Shown in pieces: positions 23,719 through 31,870 of a stretch of 32,000 bases of DNA. Each line of letters begins with the position of its first letter. The first letter of the stretch is position 1. Made by a program: the position numbers and the translations under genes. The notes below the pieces were generated by a model, which searched no databases, had not been told where the DNA came from, and was given only the letters and a program-made list of their open reading frames with translations. The stretch is from Micrococcus luteus NCTC 2665. GTDB lineage: Bacteria > Actinomycetota > Actinomycetes > Actinomycetales > Micrococcaceae. Where the stretch lies: contig NC_012803.1 of the NCBI RefSeq assembly GCF_000023205.1, positions 2,220,001 through 2,252,000 of the forward strand, read 5' to 3'.

Positions 23719-24761
23719 CGGGTCTCCTCGGTGTCTCGTGCGGCGTGGGCGGCGGCCCAGCGCTCCAGCAGGTCGCGGTGCGGGCCCACGAAGTGCTCCT
23801 GCGTGTACTCCCCCTGCTCCCGGCCGAGGCGGGCCCGCTCCTCGCGGTCGTAGGCGATCCGGGTCTGCGAGAAGTCGCCGTGGTCCAGGCGCGGCCGGTA
23901 CACCTCGCCGGCCCCGGCGTTCGCGTTGTAGATCTCCGGCCGGTAGATCCGCTGGAAGGTCTCCATGGTGGCGATCAGCCCGGCCAGGGAGAGGTTCGCG
24001 TGGTCGTTGAGCAGGTCGCCCCGCGAGTAGAACGCCAGCGGCGCCACGGCCCCGCGCGGCAGGAAGCACCGGATCCCCAGGCCCATCCGGCCGAAGTAGC
24101 GGTCCGTGCGGGAGGCTTCGTCCTGGCGGTATTCGACCCCGAGCACCGGGTGCTCGTTCGTCAGCCGCCGGTAGGTGCGGCTCGTGGACACGCTGATGCA
24201 GATCACGGGCGGCTGCGGGAACCGATCCCGGTACGCCTGCGAGTCGAGCAGGTGCCGGAACAGCCGCCCGTGCAGGTCGCCGAAGCCGTCGGGCTCCTCG
24301 GTCCCCGGCGACGTCGCCGCGTGCGCGGGCAGCACCACGGAGAAGTCGTGGTCGCGGACGTAGGAGGAGAAGTTGTTCCCCACACTGCGGCCGAGCACGG
24401 CGCCCGTCGCGCGCTCGACCACCCGCACGTCGAGCATCTCCATGAGCGGGAAGTCGACGTCTGCGCCGTCGTCGGCGGTGAAGTGCACGTCGATCGAGAC
24501 GATCTCGATCCGTGCCGTGTAGCGGTCCCGCTCCGGGTTGTCCCAGGGGGCGAGGTCGTTGAGGCGCCCGTCGATCATGGCCAGGGCGGCGCGCAGGTTC
24601 TCCCGCCGGTCCGCGCCGCGGGCGAGGTTCGCGAAGTTCGTGGTGGCGCGCGTGCTGGCGGCGGGCGTGTAGTCCTCGTCGAACGGCGTGGTGTGGATGC
24701 TGAACGTCAGGTCGTCCACGCGGGTGGGCACGGTGCTCGGGACAAGGGTGGCGTGGCTCAT
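23715..24761 (-). CDS. mesX: DUF1852 protein, MesX-type partner of MesD
   Basis: TTNFANLARG, GNNFSSYVRDHDFSVVLP, PPVICISVS and TMETFQRIYRPEIYNANAG are blocks I recognise as DUF1852. ATG 24761 overlaps the upstream stop. Confidence 0.75.
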   Translation of the reverse strand: MSHATLVPSTVPTRVDDLTFSIHTTPFDEDYTPAASTRATTNFANLARGADRRENLRAALAMIDGRLNDLAPWDNPERDRYTARIEIVSIDVHFTADDGADVDFPLMEMLDVRVVERATGAVLGRSVGNNFSSYVRDHDFSVVLPAHAATSPGTEEPDGFGDLHGRLFRHLLDSQAYRDRFPQPPVICISVSTSRTYRRLTNEHPVLGVEYRQDEASRTDRYFGRMGLGIRCFLPRGAVAPLAFYSRGDLLNDHANLSLAGLIATMETFQRIYRPEIYNANAGAGEVYRPRLDHGDFSQTRIAYDREERARLGREQGEYTQEHFVGPHRDLLERWAAAHAARDTEETR

Positions 24762-26062
24762 CGGGTCCTCTCCGGAGTGCGGGCGCGGGTGGTGCGGTGG
24801 TGGGCGGGACGGGGCACCGTGGACGACGACGGCGCCCCGCGGCCGGCGGCGACGCGTGCGGCGCACTCGAGGCCCGCCTCGAGGTCCGCCTGCAGGTCGG
24901 CCACGTCCTCGATGCCGACGGAGAGCCGGACCAGGTCCGTGGGGACGGCCAGGGGCGTGCCCCGCACGGAGGCGTGGGTCATCTCGGAGGAGTAGCAGAG
25001 CAGCGATTCGACCCCACCGAGGCTGACCGAGAGCGCGAACAGCTCGGTGGCCTCGGCGAACGCGCGGGCCGCGGCCTCTCCCCCGGCCAGCCGGATGGAG
25101 ACGATGCCGCCGAAGCCGTCCATCTGCCGCGCGGCGAGCGCGTGGCCCGGGTGGTCGGGCAGCCCGGGGTAGAAGACCTGGGCGACCTCGGGGCGGCCCT
25201 GCAGCCAGCCCGCGAGCGCGGCGGCGTTGGCGCCGTGCCGGTCCATGCGCAGGCCGAGCGTCTTGAGGCCGCGGGCGGCGAGGTAGGAGTCCTGCGGGCC
25301 GGCGACCGCGCCGGCGGCGAACTGCTGGTAGGCCACGGCCTCGGCCAGCGCCCGGCCGCGGAACTCGCGGTCGGCCACCACCACGGCGCCGCCGAGCACG
25401 TCCGAGTGCCCGCCGATGTACTTGGTGGTGGAGTGCACCACCACGTCCGCGCCGAGGTCGAGGGGCCGCTGGAGGTAGGGCGAGGCGAACGTGTTGTCCA
25501 CGACCAGCAGCGCGCCGGCGTCGTGGGCGATCTGCGCCCAGGCGGCCAGGTCCGCGATGCCGAGCAGCGGGTTGGAGGGCGTCTCCACCCACAGCAGCGC
25601 GGTGCGGCCGGGGCGGACGGCCGCGGCGACCGCCGTCGGGTCGGTGATGTCCACGGGGGTGTTGGACACGCCCCACGGCTCGAGGACGGTGGTGATGAGG
25701 CGGTGGGTGCCGCCGTAGCCGTCGCCGCCCAGCACGATGTGGTCGCCGGGGCGCAGCACGGCCCGCAGGAGGGCGTCCTCGGCGGCGAGCCCGGAGGCGA
25801 ACGCGAACGCCCGGTCGCCGTGCTCGAGGGCGGCGAGCTGGGTCTCGAAGCCGTTCCGGGTCGGGTTGGAGCCGCGGCTGTACTCGTGCCCGGCGCGCAG
25901 CACGTTGATGCCGTCCTGCACGAAGGTGCTGGTCTGGTAGATCGGCGGCACCACGGCGCCGGTCAGCGGGTCGGGCTCCTGGCCGGCGTGCACGGCGGTG
26001 GTGGTGAAGCCGCGGACGGCGGGACGGGAGACGGAGCGGGTGGTGTGGTGGACGGCGGTCAT
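24758..26062 (-). CDS. Cys/Met-metabolism PLP enzyme (cystathionine gamma-synthase/lyase-like)
   Basis: TTAVHAGQEPDPLTGAVVPPIYQTSTF...HSTTKYIGGHSDVLGG, with the PLP lysine. Start at ATG 26062, 1 nt after the metY stop. Confidence 0.85.
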   Translation of the reverse strand: MTAVHHTTRSVSRPAVRGFTTTAVHAGQEPDPLTGAVVPPIYQTSTFVQDGINVLRAGHEYSRGSNPTRNGFETQLAALEHGDRAFAFASGLAAEDALLRAVLRPGDHIVLGGDGYGGTHRLITTVLEPWGVSNTPVDITDPTAVAAAVRPGRTALLWVETPSNPLLGIADLAAWAQIAHDAGALLVVDNTFASPYLQRPLDLGADVVVHSTTKYIGGHSDVLGGAVVVADREFRGRALAEAVAYQQFAAGAVAGPQDSYLAARGLKTLGLRMDRHGANAAALAGWLQGRPEVAQVFYPGLPDHPGHALAARQMDGFGGIVSIRLAGGEAAARAFAEATELFALSVSLGGVESLLCYSSEMTHASVRGTPLAVPTDLVRLSVGIEDVADLQADLEAGLECAARVAAGRGAPSSSTVPRPAHHRTTRARTPERTR

Positions 26063-26063
26063 C

Positions 26064-27413
26064 TCAGCGCACCTCCTGGGTGACGGCGGCGGTCTCGGGG
26101 ACGGCGGGCGTGGCGGCGGGGACGGCCGGCCCGGCGGCGGACACCACGGCCAGGGCACGGTCCAGGTCCGCGATCAGGTCGTCGGGACACTCCAGCCCGA
26201 TGGAGAGCCGGACGGTGGTCTCGGCGATCCCGGCGGCCTCGCGCTGCTGCCGCGTCAGGCGGCAGTGCGTCATGGTCGCCGGGTGGGAGACGAGGGACCG
26301 GGCGTCGCCGACGTTGACCACCAGCTGGAACAGCTCGAGCGCGTCGAGGAACGGGGCCACGGCCTCGGGGCCGCAGGCCAGGTCGAAGGAGAACACCGAG
26401 CCGACGCCGTCCGGGAAGTCACGGGCGGCCAGCGCCGCGCTGGGATGCCCGGCCACGCCGGGGTGGTGCACCCGCGCGACGGCGGGGTGCCCGGCCAGGT
26501 GTTCGGCCACGGCCAGCGCGGTGGCGGTGTGGCGGGCCACGCGCAGGTCGAGCGTCTCGAGCCCCTGGATGAACTGCGCCGCGCTCGCGGGGGCGAGGGT
26601 GGGGCCGAGGTCGTGCAGGAACTTGCTGCGGGCCAGCGTCAGGTAGGCGCCGCGGCCGTGCCGCTCCACCAGCGTCTGCCCGCCGTAGCGGGCCTTGGGC
26701 CGGGCCAGCTGCGGCCACCGGTCCGGCACCGCGCCGTAGTCGAACGTGCCGCCGTCCACGATCGCGCCGCCGAGCACCGCGCCGTGCCCGCCGAGGAACT
26801 TGGTGGCCGAGTGCACGACGACGTCGGCGCCGTGCTCCAGCGGCCGGTAGAGGGCCGGCGTCGCGAGGGTGCTGTCCACCACCACGGGCACGCCGGCCGC
26901 GTGGGCGAGGTCCGCGAGCGCGGGCAGGTCCGGGAGGGTGGCGAGCGGGTTGGTGATGGCCTCGAGGAAGAACGCGCGGGTGTCGGGCCGGACCGCGGCG
27001 GCCCACGCGGGCGGGTCCGCCGGGTCCGCGAAGGTGACCTCGATGCCGAAGTCCGCGAACGTGTCCGTCAGCAGGTCGACGGTGCCGCCGTAGAGCTGGC
27101 TGGAGGCGACCAGGTGCTTGCCGCCCTGCAGCAGCGCCAGCAGGGACAGCGCGACGGCGGCCTGGCCGGTGGCCGTGGCGATCGCGCCGATGCCGCCCTC
27201 CAGCGCGGCGAGGCGGTTCTCGAACACCGCGACGGTCGGGTTGCCCGTGCGGCTGTAGGTGAAGCCGGGGGTCTCGAGCCGGAACATCGATGCCGCTGTG
27301 GCGTGGTCCGGGAAACGGAACGCCGTGGTCTGGTGGATGGGCGGGACGACCGGCCGGTGGGGCGCGGCGGGCTCGTAGCCGGCGTGGACTTGCTGTGTGG
27401 CATGACGGGGCAT
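26064..27413 (-). CDS. metY: O-acetylhomoserine/O-acetylserine sulfhydrylase
   Basis: TQQVHAGYEP...PPIHQTTAFRF...FTYSRTGNPTVAVFENRLAALEGG...HSATKFLGGHG. GGAGGA lies 7 nt before ATG 27413. Confidence 0.85.
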   Translation of the reverse strand: MPRHATQQVHAGYEPAAPHRPVVPPIHQTTAFRFPDHATAASMFRLETPGFTYSRTGNPTVAVFENRLAALEGGIGAIATATGQAAVALSLLALLQGGKHLVASSQLYGGTVDLLTDTFADFGIEVTFADPADPPAWAAAVRPDTRAFFLEAITNPLATLPDLPALADLAHAAGVPVVVDSTLATPALYRPLEHGADVVVHSATKFLGGHGAVLGGAIVDGGTFDYGAVPDRWPQLARPKARYGGQTLVERHGRGAYLTLARSKFLHDLGPTLAPASAAQFIQGLETLDLRVARHTATALAVAEHLAGHPAVARVHHPGVAGHPSAALAARDFPDGVGSVFSFDLACGPEAVAPFLDALELFQLVVNVGDARSLVSHPATMTHCRLTRQQREAAGIAETTVRLSIGLECPDDLIADLDRALAVVSAAGPAVPAATPAVPETAAVTQEVR

Positions 27414-27416
27414 CTG

Positions 27417-27538
27417 CTCTCCTCCATCGGTCCTGGCGGTAGCACCGGGCCTGCCGTTCCCGGGGGTCCGAGTCCGGCGGGCGGGTTGCTGCGGCGTCGT
27501 CGAGCCAGATCTCTCGGCCGCTCTGGATGGGTGGTGAG
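27417..27538 (-). promoter_or_regulatory. S-box (SAM-I clan) riboswitch in the metY leader
   Basis: The minus-strand RNA CCCAUCCAGAGCGGCCGAGAGAUCUGGCUCGACGACGCCGCAGCAACC...CCCGGUGCUACCGCCAGGACCGAUGGAGGAGAG follows the S-box core AUCAAGAG-GG-GGAGGGA-UGGCCCGAUGA-GCC-GGCAACC...GGUGCUAA..CC...GAU. P1 pairs CCAUC with GAUGG, and the 3' strand runs into the SD. Confidence 0.6.
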
Positions 27539-27709
27539 CCCATCCCACGCGGTGGGCCGCCGAGAGTCCAGCGGGCGGCCGGCTCGCGCGTCATATGAGC
27601 CGCCCCCGCGCCATCCAGGACCGGCCGGAGCCTCTCCGGGGCGCGGCGGGCCGAGGCAGACCCGTGTGACGGACTGGCGTGGAGAGGGAGGTGTGTCAGA
27701 CTCCCGGGC

Positions 27710-28438
27710 ATGACACAGAGCACACCGGGCGGACCGGCCACGGACCTGCCCGACTTCCGGCCCTCGGGCAACCAGGGCGTGGACCCGGCGCTGTACGAGA
27801 TCGAGAACGCGGCCATGGACCGTGAGGGCGCCCTCTGGGCGGCGCTGCAGGAGGCGGCGCCTTGGGCCGGGCGGACGCTGCTCGACCTCGGTGCGGGCAC
27901 CGGCTTCTGGCTGCCCCGCTACGCCGACGCGGCCGAGACGATCGCCGTCGAGCCGGACGTGCGCCTGCTGGGGGCCGCCCGCGCCCGCCCCGGCGGGGCG
28001 CGCGTGCTCTACGGCTCGGCCGAGCAGATCCCGCTGCCGGAGGCGAGCGTCGACGTCGTGCACGCCCGGTTCGCGTACTTCTTCCCGCACCCGCGCTGGG
28101 ACGTCCGACCCGGCCTGGACGAGGTCACCCGGGTGCTGCGGCCCGGCGGCGCGCTCGTGGTGATCGACAACGACACCGAGCGCGGCCAGTTCGCCGAGCT
28201 GCTGCGGGCGAGCACGAACGCGGCGGCGCAGGGCCAGGACACGTACGCGCGCGAGTGGTGGGCCGGCATCGGGGCCGAGACCCGTGAGGTCATGAGCTCG
28301 TGGACCTTCGACTCCCGCGCCGACCTCGAGGCCGTCCTGCGGCTGGAGTTCGAGCGAGGGGTCGCCGACGCGTGGCTCGCCGAGCACCCCGCAACGACGT
28401 CGCTGAGCTACGGCTACCTGCTCCACGTGTGGCGGTGA
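27710..28438 (+). CDS. Class I SAM-dependent methyltransferase
   Basis: Motif I is LLDLGAGTGFW; post-I/II is VDVVHARFAYFF...LRPGGALVVID. GGAGAGGGAGG lies upstream. Confidence 0.8.
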   Translation: MTQSTPGGPATDLPDFRPSGNQGVDPALYEIENAAMDREGALWAALQEAAPWAGRTLLDLGAGTGFWLPRYADAAETIAVEPDVRLLGAARARPGGARVLYGSAEQIPLPEASVDVVHARFAYFFPHPRWDVRPGLDEVTRVLRPGGALVVIDNDTERGQFAELLRASTNAAAQGQDTYAREWWAGIGAETREVMSSWTFDSRADLEAVLRLEFERGVADAWLAEHPATTSLSYGYLLHVWR

Positions 28439-28591
28439 GCACGGACCCGCGTCGTCAGACGCCTGCCCCCCCGCACCCCTGACGCTGAGACGCCCCCGCC
28501 GCCGGAAGGACGGGCGCGGTGGCTGGTCGCCTCCAACGCCCTCGACGCGGGTGGCCGGTCCGCCACGGACGTCGCCCTGGACGTCCTGGCG

Positions 28592-29761
28592 GTGCTCCTG
28601 CTCGGCGTGGGCGCCGACGGCATGGGCGTGCTGATGACGCTCTCCGGGTTGGGATTCCTCCTGCTCGGCGTGCCCATCGGCATCGTGGTGGACCGGCACC
28701 TCAGCCCGCAGCTGCTCGCGGCCACCGGCCTCGCCAAGGCGGCGGTGCTCGGCTCGCTCGTCGTGGCGTGGGCGTTCGACGCGCTCACGTTCGGTCACCT
28801 CGCCGCCGTCATGGCCCTGCTGGGCGTGCTCACGGTGCTGGCCGAGACCACCCAGACCGCGCTCGTGCCGCGCGTCGTGCCGGCCACCGCCGTCGCCCGC
28901 CTGACGGCGCGGCTCGAGTCCGCCGACGCCGCCCTCGTGTTGATCGTGCCCGCCGCGGCGGGCGTCCTCGTCGGGTCGCTGGGCGCGGGACCCGTGCTCG
29001 GCATCGCGACGGCGTTCCTCTTCGCGGCGGCGATCGTCGCACTCCGGGTACGGCTGCAGCCCTCCGCCGCGGCGGACATTCCGGACGACGACGGGGACCC
29101 CGGCGTCGCGGACGTCCTCTCCCGCTGGGCCCGGTTCGGGAAGGACGCCGCGGAGGGGTGGACGGTCCTGCGGCGCACCCCGGTCCTGTGGCTGCTGACG
29201 ATGGGGTCGGTGGCCGCCAATGTGGGCATGGCCCTCTTCGCCCCGGTCGAGGCGGTCTGGATCCTGACCGACCTGCGGCTCGGGCCGGAGTTCCTGGGCG
29301 TCCAGATCACCGCGGGCGCGGTCGGGGCACTGGCGGCCTCGTCCCTGGCGGGCCGGGCCATCGACCGCCTGGGCGAGCGCCGGTGCATCCTCCTCGGCTC
29401 GGTCGGCTGCGCCGTGGCCGTGGGGCTGCACCTGCTGGCCTACGTCGACCGCGCTCATGCCGGGCCGTGGCTGCTGGCCGGCGCGGCCCTCTGGGGGTTC
29501 ATGGTCCTGCTCGGGAACATCACCCAGGCCGCCGTGACCGCCCGCGCCTGCCCCGAGGGCACGCTCGGGCGGGTCACCGCGATGCGCCGCACCCTCACCC
29601 GGGGCTCCGTGCCGCTGGCGACCCTCGCGGGAGGTGCGCTCGGGGCGACGCTCGGGGTCGGCTGGGCGCTCGCGGGGTGGCAGGTCCTGGCGGTGGTCTC
29701 GCTGGCCGCCGTCGTGCCGGCCGCGCGGTGGGTGGATGCGGGGCGCGACGACGTCGACTGA
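28592..29761 (+). CDS. MFS transporter (N-terminus probably extends upstream)
   Basis: Multiple TM segments typical of MFS_3/EntS-like exporters. The tracked start is GTG 28592, but the frame stays open and TM1-like (RWLVASNALDAGGRSATDVALDVLAV) back to 28439 with no ATG/GTG/TTG. Confidence 0.75.
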   Translation: MLLLGVGADGMGVLMTLSGLGFLLLGVPIGIVVDRHLSPQLLAATGLAKAAVLGSLVVAWAFDALTFGHLAAVMALLGVLTVLAETTQTALVPRVVPATAVARLTARLESADAALVLIVPAAAGVLVGSLGAGPVLGIATAFLFAAAIVALRVRLQPSAAADIPDDDGDPGVADVLSRWARFGKDAAEGWTVLRRTPVLWLLTMGSVAANVGMALFAPVEAVWILTDLRLGPEFLGVQITAGAVGALAASSLAGRAIDRLGERRCILLGSVGCAVAVGLHLLAYVDRAHAGPWLLAGAALWGFMVLLGNITQAAVTARACPEGTLGRVTAMRRTLTRGSVPLATLAGGALGATLGVGWALAGWQVLAVVSLAAVVPAARWVDAGRDDVD

Positions 29762-29800
29762 GGCCGAGACGCTGACGCGGACGCCGAGGTCGCTTAATGT

Positions 29801-30220
29801 GTGGCCATGGTCAGCCGCCCCGTGCTCCAGCAGCCGGTGATCGACGCCGTCGACATCCGTTCCGTCGCGGAGTTCTACCGCGAGCTCCTCGGCCTCCACT
29901 ACCGCGCGGGCGACGAGCTCGCGGACGGCCGCGAGCCGGACAGCGCGGACTGGCTCGTGCTGCTGGACGACGACGGCCGCCGCGTCCTGACATTCCAGCG
30001 CACCGAGGAACTGAAGCCCAGCACGTGGCCGTCACCCGAGGTGCCGATGCAGCTGCACCTGGATTTCACCGTGCCGGACCGCGATTCCCTCGACGCGGCC
30101 CACGGCCACGCCCTGCGCCTGGGCGGGCGCCTCGTCCTGGACCGCTCCGACGACGAGGACGAGCCCCTGTACGTGTTCGCGGACCCGGCCGGCCACCCCT
30201 TCTGCGTCTTCGTAGGGTGA
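29801..30220 (+). CDS. VOC-family (glyoxalase/bleomycin-resistance fold) protein
   Basis: IDAVDIRSVAEFYRELLGL...MQLHLDF...LYVFADPAGHPFCVF. Start is GTG 29801 or ATG 29807. Confidence 0.8.
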   Translation: MAMVSRPVLQQPVIDAVDIRSVAEFYRELLGLHYRAGDELADGREPDSADWLVLLDDDGRRVLTFQRTEELKPSTWPSPEVPMQLHLDFTVPDRDSLDAAHGHALRLGGRLVLDRSDDEDEPLYVFADPAGHPFCVFVG

Positions 30221-30255
30221 GCGCGGCAGACCGCGGCACGGCTCAGTGCCGTCGG
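30199..30255 (+). repeat. Direct repeat copy 1 (VOC 3' end plus downstream)
   Basis: 45 of 57 positions, ungapped, match 30849-30905 by manual alignment. The match includes CTTCTGCGT.TTCGT.GGGTGAGCG and CACGGCTCAG. Confidence 0.7.
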
Positions 30256-30267
30256 TAAGGTCGTCGG

Positions 30268-30780
30268 GTGATCCCGCAACCCACCGATCGACTCACGTTC
30301 CGGTGCATGACCGACGCTGACCTCGACGACATGTGCCGGCTCCTCGGAGACGCGGAGGTCATGCGCTACTACCCGCGAGCCAAGTCGCGCAACGAGGTGC
30401 AGCGGTGGATCAACTGGTCGAAGGACAACTACGCCACGCATGGGTTCGGCCTGTGGGTCATCGAACACCGAACCACCGGCGACTTCATCGGTGACTGCGG
30501 CCTGACCTGGCAGAACGTCGACGGCCAAGAGGTCCTCGAGGTCGGCTACCACGTCCTGCCAGAACGTCAGGGACAAGGACTGGCAACCGAGGGGGCCTCT
30601 GCCTGCCTGCGATACGGGTTCGAGACACTCGACGCAACGATGGTCACCGCGATCATCAACCCCGACAACATGGCTTCCCGTCGCGTGGCCGAACGAATCG
30701 GCATGACCGTGTGGAAGAGCACGCGTGATCCCAGCGGAGCGCCGATCGTGGTCTACAGCAGCCACGGCCACGAGGCATGA
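30268..30780 (+). CDS. GNAT-family N-acetyltransferase (RimJ/RimL-like)
   Basis: GTG start after TAAGG. LTFRCMTDADLDDM...GFGLWVIE...LPERQGQGLATEGA...NMASRRVAERIGM. Confidence 0.8.
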   Translation: MIPQPTDRLTFRCMTDADLDDMCRLLGDAEVMRYYPRAKSRNEVQRWINWSKDNYATHGFGLWVIEHRTTGDFIGDCGLTWQNVDGQEVLEVGYHVLPERQGQGLATEGASACLRYGFETLDATMVTAIINPDNMASRRVAERIGMTVWKSTRDPSGAPIVVYSSHGHEA

Positions 30781-30848
30781 CGAACTGAACTGCCGCCATG
30801 GGTGCGTGCCCATTGAGAAGACACGCCCTGCGTCCAGCCGGCCAGGCG

Positions 30849-30905
30849 CTTCTGCGTGTTCGTGGGGTGAGCGGGCCGGGCCACGCCACGGCTCAGCGGT
30901 GACGG
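30849..30905 (+). repeat. Direct repeat copy 2 (orphan VOC-like 3' end ...FCVFVG-stop)
   Basis: See 30199-30255. It encodes the same terminal FCVFVG-stop but has no upstream VOC body. Confidence 0.7.
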
Positions 30906-30983
30906 CGCCGGCTCAGCCCTCGAGCCGCTGGTCGAACTCCTCGTGGTCCAGCTGGCGGTGCATGCGGTCATCTTCAAGATACG

Positions 30984-31205
30984 GTGCCGTCCATGCATCC
31001 GGACCCGGCCGAGGCCATGCTGCGCGTCGCCCGGGCGCGCCCCGGCGGGGGCCGCGTCGAGTGGCGGCGGGGCACCGCGGAGCTGATCGAGCCGGCGTCG
31101 GCGGACCTGGCGGTGGGCCGCGTCTGGAGCGACTGGCACGGCCGCCCATTCGACGCGGCGGAGCACCCGTTGATGATCATCGAGGCCTGTCCACAGGGGG
31201 CCTGA
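30984..31205 (+). pseudogene. Fragment of a class I methyltransferase gene
   Basis: HPDPAEAMLRVARARPGGGRVEWRRGTAELIEPASADLAV resembles the post-motif-I region of SAM methyltransferases. Motif I and most of the fold are missing. Confidence 0.4.
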
Positions 31206-31261
31206 CCCGTCCACCCGTCATGGCAGGATGACGCATGCCACACGTGATGTGAGGGGGAACC

Positions 31262-31860
31262 ATGACGGACACGACCACGGCCCGCCCCATGCGGCCGACC
31301 CACCACGACGACGACCCGCCCGTCCGCGGGATCGGCCACCTCCGACACCCGGTGGTGTCGGGCGGGCTGATCGGGGTGGTCGGCGGCGGCGCCTTCCTGT
31401 TCGGCGGGATCGCGGGGCTGCCAGCAGAGCACCAGGGCACGCTGCGGGGCGTCGCCATCTCGCTCATCAGCTTCACCCTGGTGGTGGTGCTGCTGCGCCG
31501 GCGGATGCTGCCCACCGTGCCGACGCCCGCCCGCGGCGCGTCTACGGGATCGCCGTCGTCGCGATGCTGGCGCTCCTCCCCGTGACGCACGTGGTGGCAC
31601 TCGCGCTCGACGCACCGACGGCGCAGATCGCCCTGGTGGCCGCCGTGGTGGGCGGCCACTTCCTCCCATTCGCCCGGGCATTCCAGGCCCCGGTGTTCTG
31701 GTGGATCGGCGGGGCGATGGCCATGCTGGGGCTCGCCGGTGCCGTACTCGCGGCTCTCGGCGATCCCGTGGCCGGGCCCGCGGGGGCGGCCGCAGCGGGA
31801 ACTGCGATGCTCGTGATCGTCGCGGCACAGGGGCTGCTGGCGTCCCCTCGGCAGGACTGA
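31262..31860 (+). pseudogene. Membrane protein gene apparently split by a frameshift near 31530-31545
   Basis: The frame from ATG 31262 reads TM-like sequence up to ...LLRRRMLPTVPTPARG. TM-like sequence (RRVYGIAVVAMLALLPVTHVV...FWWIGGAMAMLGLAGAVLAAL) then continues in another frame to 31860. This could be a real frameshift or a sequence error in a GC run. Confidence 0.45.
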
Positions 31861-31870
31861 GGGCCGGACC

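Noticed and set aside
27417-27538. Calling the metY leader specifically SAM-IV, the usual actinobacterial class
   Set aside because: The J1/2 and P2 region reads AUCCAGAG...GAGAGA, closer to the SAM-I kink-turn core than to the SAM-IV consensus I remember. Without a covariance-model run, only the SAM-I clan can be claimed.
27068-29899. 943-aa minus-strand ORF, the longest in the window
   Set aside because: It is an Arg/Gly/Pro-rich translation with no recognisable domain. It is antisense to three plus- or minus-strand genes that have clear family signatures (metY 5' end, methyltransferase, MFS). Such stop-free antisense frames are typical of very GC-rich DNA.
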